A stretch of DNA of 35,787 nucleotides, taken from a virus. Positions 30,343 through 35,787 of this stretch are shown here, in pieces. Each line of letters begins with the position of its first letter. Position 1 is the first letter of the stretch. The translations under genes and the position numbers were made by a program. The stretch is from the IMG/VR virus record IMGVR_UViG_3300002053_000010, positions 1-35,787 of that record; one strand, given 5' to 3'. Under the pieces are notes generated by a model, which saw only the letters and a list, made by a program, of their open reading frames with translations, did not search any database and was not told where the DNA came from.

Positions 30343-31284
30343 TTAATAAATAGCAGAACCTATTGCTCGATACCTAATTACATCATTAAGTGCGCCAGCG
30401 ATAACGGATCCAATATAAATGCCAGCAAAAGCAGTATTGTCCTCTGCGGCGCTTAAATCTTGTCCAGTATCTCCTACAGGAATTACTTCTGGTCTTAAAC
30501 AACCAGCAGCAGCTTGCGCAGATGTTGGCCATGCAAAAGCTGTGTATGCTGTTGTATCTACTCCAATACTAAATGTCGTTGCTGTTAGATTTGTGACTGT
30601 TACTATTTGATTATCTAATTGAACCATTCCAGAAATAGCAGGAATTCTAATCCTTACTCTATCTCCAGTAGCAAATCCATGGTTAATATTGGTCGTCACG
30701 ACCCCTGGATTTGCCGCTGTCACATTAGTAATTATTTTAGTACTTGGATAAAAACCACGAGGCACCCATACGCGTCTTGCAGTATGAGCAGTTCCAGCAG
30801 CTGCAAAACCTGCGCCAGGAATCGTCCCACAAGTGAACGATGCACCAGCAACTATTGCAGTAACTACAAAATCAATACCAGCAATTTGCAACATTCCAGT
30901 AGAACCATAAATTCTTACTACATCACCAACCACATAGTTATGAGCGGCAGATGTAAATACTGGAGGAGTTGCAGCAGTAATAGCACCACCAATGATTGCG
31001 GCATCTAATTGCTCTTCAATTCCAGAATAAGTTCTGAAACCACCAGCTGCAATTAAATTATGTTCATCAGTTCTGGCACCAGCTGTATTTCGAACAGTAT
31101 AAGCACTATTAGCAGCGAGCCCTGGAAGCATCCAGGCTTCTTTTACAACAGAAGGATTTGCATTAGAATTTTGTTGAGTTTCATTCCAAAGATAAAATTC
31201 TTGTGGAACAAATCCCAAATTAATTTGTTGTGCATTTCCATCGGCGACGTAATTTCCGTATACTACATTATTTTCAGCAAACAT
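30343..31284 (-). CDS. Capsid-associated protein (313 aa), candidate decoration or head-fiber protein with two beta-barrel-like modules
   Basis: The start was re-set to the ATG at 31284 (AGGAGGtgtaattATG); the ORF-track start is a TTG. It lies immediately after the MCP gene. The modules are VVGDVVRIYGSTGMLQIAGIDFVVTAI and ATGDRVRIRIPAISGMVQLDNQIVTVTNL. Confidence 0.7.
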   Translation of the reverse strand: MFAENNVVYGNYVADGNAQQINLGFVPQEFYLWNETQQNSNANPSVVKEAWMLPGLAANSAYTVRNTAGARTDEHNLIAAGGFRTYSGIEEQLDAAIIGGAITAATPPVFTSAAHNYVVGDVVRIYGSTGMLQIAGIDFVVTAIVAGASFTCGTIPGAGFAAAGTAHTARRVWVPRGFYPSTKIITNVTAANPGVVTTNINHGFATGDRVRIRIPAISGMVQLDNQIVTVTNLTATTFSIGVDTTAYTAFAWPTSAQAAAGCLRPEVIPVGDTGQDLSAAEDNTAFAGIYIGSVIAGALNDVIRYRAIGSAIY

Positions 31285-31295
31285 AATTACACCTC

Positions 31296-32246
31296 CTACG
31301 AATGCGTACAACGTAGATTAAAAATCCACGCGTCGTTTAAAATTCTTGGAACCTGAGCGAATTTATACGCACCCAATTGCAATCTTCTCAATGGATCAGT
31401 AGGCCCACCTGGAGGAGTATAGATAAATTCAGCAGATGCATTTGTTAAATTAATAACAGCATAAGCTTCTTTACCTGTTACAAATACATTATAAACATCA
31501 TTACCATTCAAAGATGCAGTTGCAGTAGTTGAACCAGACGAGCTATATAGAAATCTAATGTTTCCTACAGAACCCCATTCAGATCTTATTGCATTCATGT
31601 TATTTGGATATTGTGCTTGAGAAATAAATCCAACGCATGCTTCCAAATCATCAAGGATTACTGAGGACATCATTCCCCAGAAAGCCTCTCTTACAGGAGC
31701 AGTACCAAATTTATTTTCACCTTCAATATCATCGGAGATAAACATAGCATTGTTATTCAAAAGTGTTTGAACAACTACATCTATGTCTTGTCTGTTTATT
31801 TCAGTTGGGTTGTCACCGTTTACCCCATTAGTACAGTTAATGCCAGCAGCTGTTGCAGCTAACATATTTCTTGTTAACTCATCTTCTGTTTCTCTCATTG
31901 ACTGTGATAATAGACTCACAGTCTGATTCAACCATGGATCAGAATTTATGAGCGCAACCTGATCAGTTATAGTGATATACGTCCCATACCAATCTAATCG
32001 TGCATCAATATCTACAGCATTTAAAATTTGTCCCGGAGGAGTTAATCCAGAATCGGGCAAAGGAACTGTAGCTGTTGCTAAATTAGTGTAACGACGATAT
32101 CTAACTGTTCTTCCGCTTTTCTGTGGAATCTCTTTTTTCATAGCCATTTTGGTATGAATAAGATTAGGCATAGGCCTAGACAATAAAACATTGTCAAACC
32201 ATTGCTGAATAGGAGGCGGAAGAGCCGCGGTCGTTGTAATTGTCAT
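31296..32246 (-). CDS. Major capsid protein, HK97 fold (316 aa)
   Basis: GRTVRYRRYTNLATATVPLPDSGLTPP....DWYGTYITITDQV fits the conserved N-terminal pattern of the N4-gp56-like major capsid family (from memory). It follows the scaffold-like gene. The SD is GAGAGGtaaaaATG. Confidence 0.85.
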   Translation of the reverse strand: MTITTTAALPPPIQQWFDNVLLSRPMPNLIHTKMAMKKEIPQKSGRTVRYRRYTNLATATVPLPDSGLTPPGQILNAVDIDARLDWYGTYITITDQVALINSDPWLNQTVSLLSQSMRETEDELTRNMLAATAAGINCTNGVNGDNPTEINRQDIDVVVQTLLNNNAMFISDDIEGENKFGTAPVREAFWGMMSSVILDDLEACVGFISQAQYPNNMNAIRSEWGSVGNIRFLYSSSGSTTATASLNGNDVYNVFVTGKEAYAVINLTNASAEFIYTPPGGPTDPLRRLQLGAYKFAQVPRILNDAWIFNLRCTHS

Positions 32247-32257
32247 TTTTACCTCTC

Positions 32258-32965
32258 TTAGGCTTTAGAGGCATACTCCTTTGACAATCTCCAAATTTCT
32301 TCTTTTGACATATTGGCAAAATTACTAACAGAAGAAGATAAAGAGGACGGAGCCGCATTTATACTCGCAGGCTTCTGCGAATTTTCAATTACTTTTTCGG
32401 CTGCTTTTATTCCTTCTTTTTGTTGTCTTTTCTGTATTTCCATATTATATTCTGGACTTGATTTTGCCATATTATATGCTACTTCTGCAAAATTTGGCAT
32501 TGCTTTTAGAGCATGTGCTAAAGCAGGGTTGTTCTCAACCATAGGAATGGCAAAATTATCAATAACGTAATCATAATCTGGATATTTTTCTCTCGCCAAT
32601 TTTTCTTGTTCTTTTCCACTAATGATAGACATTTTTTCTTCGACAATTTGTGATGCAATTCTTTGAGCCTCTTTTTGTGCTTTTTTTTCAGCTAAGCGCT
32701 GTGCCTGCCCAAACGTCACATAATCATCTTTATCAATGTCATCAAATTCCTCTTTTTCTTTAGGAGTTAATTTATATAATTGTTGTTTTAAAGCTTCGAT
32801 TTCAGTCTGTTGAGCTTTCATAACAGATCTTGCTTTAGACCAGTTTTTGTCTACATTATGATGATCTGTTTTTTGCTCTTCCTTTTTCTCTACAGCCTCA
32901 ATAGGTTGTTTAATTTCCTCTTTAGCTGTAGATGGTTGAGTTTCTTGTTTATTTTCTTCTTTCAT
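32258..32965 (-). CDS. Scaffolding protein (235 aa), putative
   Basis: Highly charged helical sequence directly upstream of the MCP gene. The start was set to the ATG at 32965 (AAAGGAAcaatatATG). Confidence 0.7.
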   Translation of the reverse strand: MKEENKQETQPSTAKEEIKQPIEAVEKKEEQKTDHHNVDKNWSKARSVMKAQQTEIEALKQQLYKLTPKEKEEFDDIDKDDYVTFGQAQRLAEKKAQKEAQRIASQIVEEKMSIISGKEQEKLAREKYPDYDYVIDNFAIPMVENNPALAHALKAMPNFAEVAYNMAKSSPEYNMEIQKRQQKEGIKAAEKVIENSQKPASINAAPSSLSSSVSNFANMSKEEIWRLSKEYASKA

Positions 32966-33015
32966 ATATTGTTCCTTTTGTGGTGGCGAATACACTTACA
33001 GCCAAAATCGCCCGA

Positions 33016-33405
33016 TTAGCCGGCGACACTACTCAAGGGAATATCTTCAAAAAACTTATTTGAATAAAACTTGAGCCCTTTATCCAAACGTTTATAACTT
33101 GCAATTGTTTCTGGAACTGGTTTCTCAGTTCCTACATATATAACAGGCCAATCGCCTGGCAAACTCCATTCTAAAATTAATTTGCCTTTTTTATTATCAA
33201 CGCTAAAAAGCATGCAAGAAAGCATCATTGAAGGCTTTCTATCCATGATAAGATATTTCATTTTGATAATATTTGGATGGTCTGGCATTGGTTTTCCATG
33301 GACCAAAATATAATATTTGTCATGTTTTGTTTTATTGATAATATCTTCGATATTTTTCATTAGATCGCGGGACATTTTCTCCCGTGTTTCTCCAAGAGTC
33401 TGCAT
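33016..33405 (-). CDS. Hypothetical protein (129 aa, or 119 aa from the ATG at 33375)
   Basis: The ATG at 33405 directly abuts the 16-mer AGGCAAGAAAACCAAA. A downstream ATG (MSRDLMKN) follows TTGGAGAAACACGGGAGaaa, which echoes the leader copy at 3279-3293. Confidence 0.65.
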   Translation of the reverse strand: MQTLGETREKMSRDLMKNIEDIINKTKHDKYYILVHGKPMPDHPNIIKMKYLIMDRKPSMMLSCMLFSVDNKKGKLILEWSLPGDWPVIYVGTEKPVPETIASYKRLDKGLKFYSNKFFEDIPLSSVAG

Positions 33406-33420
33406 TTGGTTTTCTTGCCT
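33405..33420 (-). promoter_or_regulatory. 16-mer AGGCAAGAAAACCAAA (sense), copy 3 of 3
   Basis: Exact match to 146-161 and 7775-7790. Confidence 0.6.
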
Positions 33421-33427
33421 TTATAAA

Positions 33428-33688
33428 TTAATTTTTATAATCTTGTCTTTTCAATTTTGATTGATCTTCTCTCTCTATTTTATCCTGAATTGCTTTGTAA
33501 TCATTCCCTCTATATTCATTTTTTCCTGTTCCAGATTGTTGTCCATTTTTTCCTTTATCAGGATTCCCGATATTTGGTTTTTCTACTTTGTACATATTTT
33601 CCTCTTGTTTTAATTTGTTTTTTCCAATGGTTTCTCTATATACAAGTGATAATAAAAAAATAATAAAAAATATAATAACAGACTTCAT
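33428..33688 (-). CDS. Small secreted or membrane-anchored protein (86 aa)
   Basis: The N-terminal hydrophobic segment is VIIFFIIFLLSLVY. It has an ATGA overlap with the portal stop. Confidence 0.6.
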   Translation of the reverse strand: MKSVIIFFIIFLLSLVYRETIGKNKLKQEENMYKVEKPNIGNPDKGKNGQQSGTGKNEYRGNDYKAIQDKIEREDQSKLKRQDYKN

Positions 33689-35727
33689 AATGATTCACCC
33701 CGTTCTGTCATTTGACTGTCTTCTTGTATTTGTTGTTTAAGCAGTTGTTGTGCTTGTTGTGTTTCTTCTTGTTTTGATCTTTTCTCTTGTGGAAGTTCTG
33801 TTGTTCTTTCGGCTTCTCTTACATCTTCGCCTATAGCAATAGAAGTATCCGCCGCTTTTATTGATTCTTCTTGTTGTGTTTGTTTTTGTATATTTTGAAG
33901 TTCTAATACAAATTTTAGAAGTTGTATCGTTCTTTCGTCATCTAATTTGGCCAATTCTGCAATAGCTTTCGCATTATCAAGTGCGGCTTGAGCCATATTT
34001 TGAGCTTTCTCAGATTCCCTTTCTGAGAAGAGCCCAACATTTGAAATAGCTCTACTTTGACGCTCTTCAGCAGTCGCAAAATCACTTTGAGCTTTAGCTT
34101 CTGTTGCTCTGGTAAGGAGTGCTTGATATTCCATTTGCTGTTGTTGTTGAACTTGTGCAATTTGTTGTTGCTGCTGTTCTGTTTGGGTAATCGCTTCAAT
34201 AAGTTTATTTTTATTTTGTAAAGTAGACGCCTCCAAAAGCATTTCAGTTGGAATAGGAATTCCAATACCTTTAAGATGAAGAAGCTGTACAAATTGTAAT
34301 TGTTTTTGCGTGGATGTGAGAACGCCCTCTTCGACAGCACAATCATATTTTTGAAAGTCTTGTCTTTTAAATTGCATTGTTGGTTCATCATTTAGAATCC
34401 TCTGAGCTTTTCCAGATCCATAATTCGCCTGTATCAATTCAAGAATCAATTTGCCTGTTGCTTTTTGAGACAATCTTAATCTATCAAATATAGGCTGGAG
34501 GGAAACCAGACCAGCACCCATTCTTAACTGCGTCATAAAACCAGAAGTGTCTGTTCCATCATTTTCACCAAAAAGCTCTTCTGTAACGCCAGCAATTTCC
34601 ATTATTTCTTTATCCATTAATCCTTGCATTTCATACATCGATTGTGGAATGTTCGGCGCTGGAATCTGTTGAATATCAGCTAAAGTTGCATTATCTTTTA
34701 AAAAAAGAGCTCTTCCCTGCCCAGACATAAAAACATCTTCTGGATCAACTAACGCATCTTCTTTTACAATGAAACCACTGTTTATTTGGCTGTCTAAAAT
34801 ATCTAGCATCTTGTTTCGTCTTTTATTCAATTCTATTTGGCTATCTCTAGAATTTCTTACAACACCCATATATCGTGCACCATAATCATCATTTTGAGGA
34901 TAGTGGTAACATAAGAATGGGACATATGGATAACTACTGATTCCATAGGGTTCTTGTTTGTCATATAAAAGATTGTCATTTACAAGAATATTTAACTTAA
35001 TAGTTGGAGATTTTCCTTGGATTTGAGTAATATTTGGATTCATAGATAGAAAAACATCGAGTTTTTCTTCATCTAGGCTTTTTGGAATTTCAGATATTTC
35101 GCCATTCAGTGAATTAAAAAGTTTTTTCGTTGTCTTATAGTCTCTTTTCCAATAATAATCTATCGAATAGAAATCAGTGTTATACATTTGTCTGTTTTCT
35201 GGCATATATAGAAATTTTCCATCTGTTTGTTTTGTCATTGGTTTGATAGAATTAATTTCTGTAGCCAGGTTTTTGGGGAATAAAGACATTATTTGTTCTT
35301 TTGTAAGATAACGTCGTTGCCAGATCCATTCACAATCTGATAGATCTGGTTCCCTCCAATAAGGATCCATTATAAATTGGTTATAATCTACTTTCGAAGC
35401 CTTAATATCTCCGTTTTCAGGATCTTGACGATAATCAACCCAAATATTTAAAAGATTTAATCCTGTAATTAAAGAGCCTTCAAAAGTTTCAGAAATTTTA
35501 TCGTAAATATTTTCATAATTACAAAGCCACATCATGATTGCAGTAAGTTGATCACAAGTATCTTGATCAGAATTTTCAATTGGAATTGCTTGCATTACAT
35601 GTCTATGTTTTCGTTGATATCCAGAAATTAAATTGATAATTCTTATGATTTTATTAAATTGAAGAAGTTTTTGATTCTTGAATCCAGCAAATGTATTTGC
35701 ATAATATTGAGAATCTCCTATCGTCAT
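33685..35727 (-). CDS. Portal protein (680 aa from the ATG at 35727; up to 714 aa if the junction-spanning ATG is used)
   Basis: The call rests on size, its position immediately after terL in the circular map, and a Gln-rich helical C-terminus (QTEQQQQQIAQVQQQQQMEYQALL) reminiscent of portal barrel extensions. The frame is open to the window end. Confidence 0.75.
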   Translation of the reverse strand: MTIGDSQYYANTFAGFKNQKLLQFNKIIRIINLISGYQRKHRHVMQAIPIENSDQDTCDQLTAIMMWLCNYENIYDKISETFEGSLITGLNLLNIWVDYRQDPENGDIKASKVDYNQFIMDPYWREPDLSDCEWIWQRRYLTKEQIMSLFPKNLATEINSIKPMTKQTDGKFLYMPENRQMYNTDFYSIDYYWKRDYKTTKKLFNSLNGEISEIPKSLDEEKLDVFLSMNPNITQIQGKSPTIKLNILVNDNLLYDKQEPYGISSYPYVPFLCYHYPQNDDYGARYMGVVRNSRDSQIELNKRRNKMLDILDSQINSGFIVKEDALVDPEDVFMSGQGRALFLKDNATLADIQQIPAPNIPQSMYEMQGLMDKEIMEIAGVTEELFGENDGTDTSGFMTQLRMGAGLVSLQPIFDRLRLSQKATGKLILELIQANYGSGKAQRILNDEPTMQFKRQDFQKYDCAVEEGVLTSTQKQLQFVQLLHLKGIGIPIPTEMLLEASTLQNKNKLIEAITQTEQQQQQIAQVQQQQQMEYQALLTRATEAKAQSDFATAEERQSRAISNVGLFSERESEKAQNMAQAALDNAKAIAELAKLDDERTIQLLKFVLELQNIQKQTQQEESIKAADTSIAIGEDVREAERTTELPQEKRSKQEETQQAQQLLKQQIQEDSQMTERGESL

Positions 35728-35787
35728 TTTTAAATCGATATTGGCCTGTTGCCACCACTGTTGAAAAAGTGTTTGGCTTTGACGATA
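35684..35787. repeat. Terminal direct repeat copy B, identical to 1-104
   Basis: See copy A. Confidence 0.95.

Noticed and set aside
1-35787. tRNA, rRNA or other structured RNA genes
   Set aside because: The non-coding gaps (3271-3351, 7597-7825, 8430-8566, 12162-12220, 13214-13527, 19174-19278, 21865-21951) were read by eye. None shows a cloverleaf-compatible arrangement or GC-rich acceptor stems. This is not a substitute for tRNAscan-SE or Infernal.

Overview
The window looks like a complete, circularly closed genome of an AT-rich tailed phage. Bases 1-104 are identical to 35684-35787, so the unique length is 35,683 bp. About 30 kb is read on the minus strand as one long gene train: control region near 7.6-7.8 kb, small basic protein, HTH/Rep-like protein, RusA, Cre-like recombinase 1, TerS, and TerL carrying an intein. 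It then crosses the circular junction into portal, scaffold, HK97-type major capsid protein, a nozzle-like tail protein, internal virion proteins and three receptor-binding-protein cassettes. It ends at a clean intrinsic terminator at 13462-13488. A short plus-strand block (8567-12161) carries RecT, a YqaJ-type exonuclease and small unknown genes. An XRE-type regulator (8199-8429) lies divergent to it. A second, paralogous Cre-like recombinase (12221-13213) stands alone next to a 300-bp non-coding region. No tape measure, sheath, DNA polymerase, tRNA, rRNA or CRISPR array was seen, so a temperate or plasmid-prophage podovirus-like phage is the best reading (inference). The observations most worth follow-up are listed here. 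(1) A 15-24 nt leader element, (AGGCAAGAAA)ACCAAAC[A/G]TCGGAG, is fused to the ribosome-binding site of at least seven genes on both strands, and three copies sit directly after GC-rich hairpins. (2) A canonical LAGLIDADG intein splits the TerL P-loop. (3) A 12-bp-period iteron-like array lies just upstream of the Rep-like gene, inside a dense control region with promoter-like hexamers and two plus-strand terminators. (4) There are two paralogous Cre-like recombinases, and one is a GC-rich island. (5) There are three RBP cassettes: two share an N-terminal anchor, and one ends in a domain matching the C1q signature. (6) No lysin or holin is recognisable, but a duplicated membrane/lipoprotein pair closes the late operon. 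(7) Several small ORFs are missing from the ORF track, including one broken at poly-A runs. Several ORF-track N-termini are TTG/GTG artefacts and were re-set to ATG codons that have Shine-Dalgarno support.
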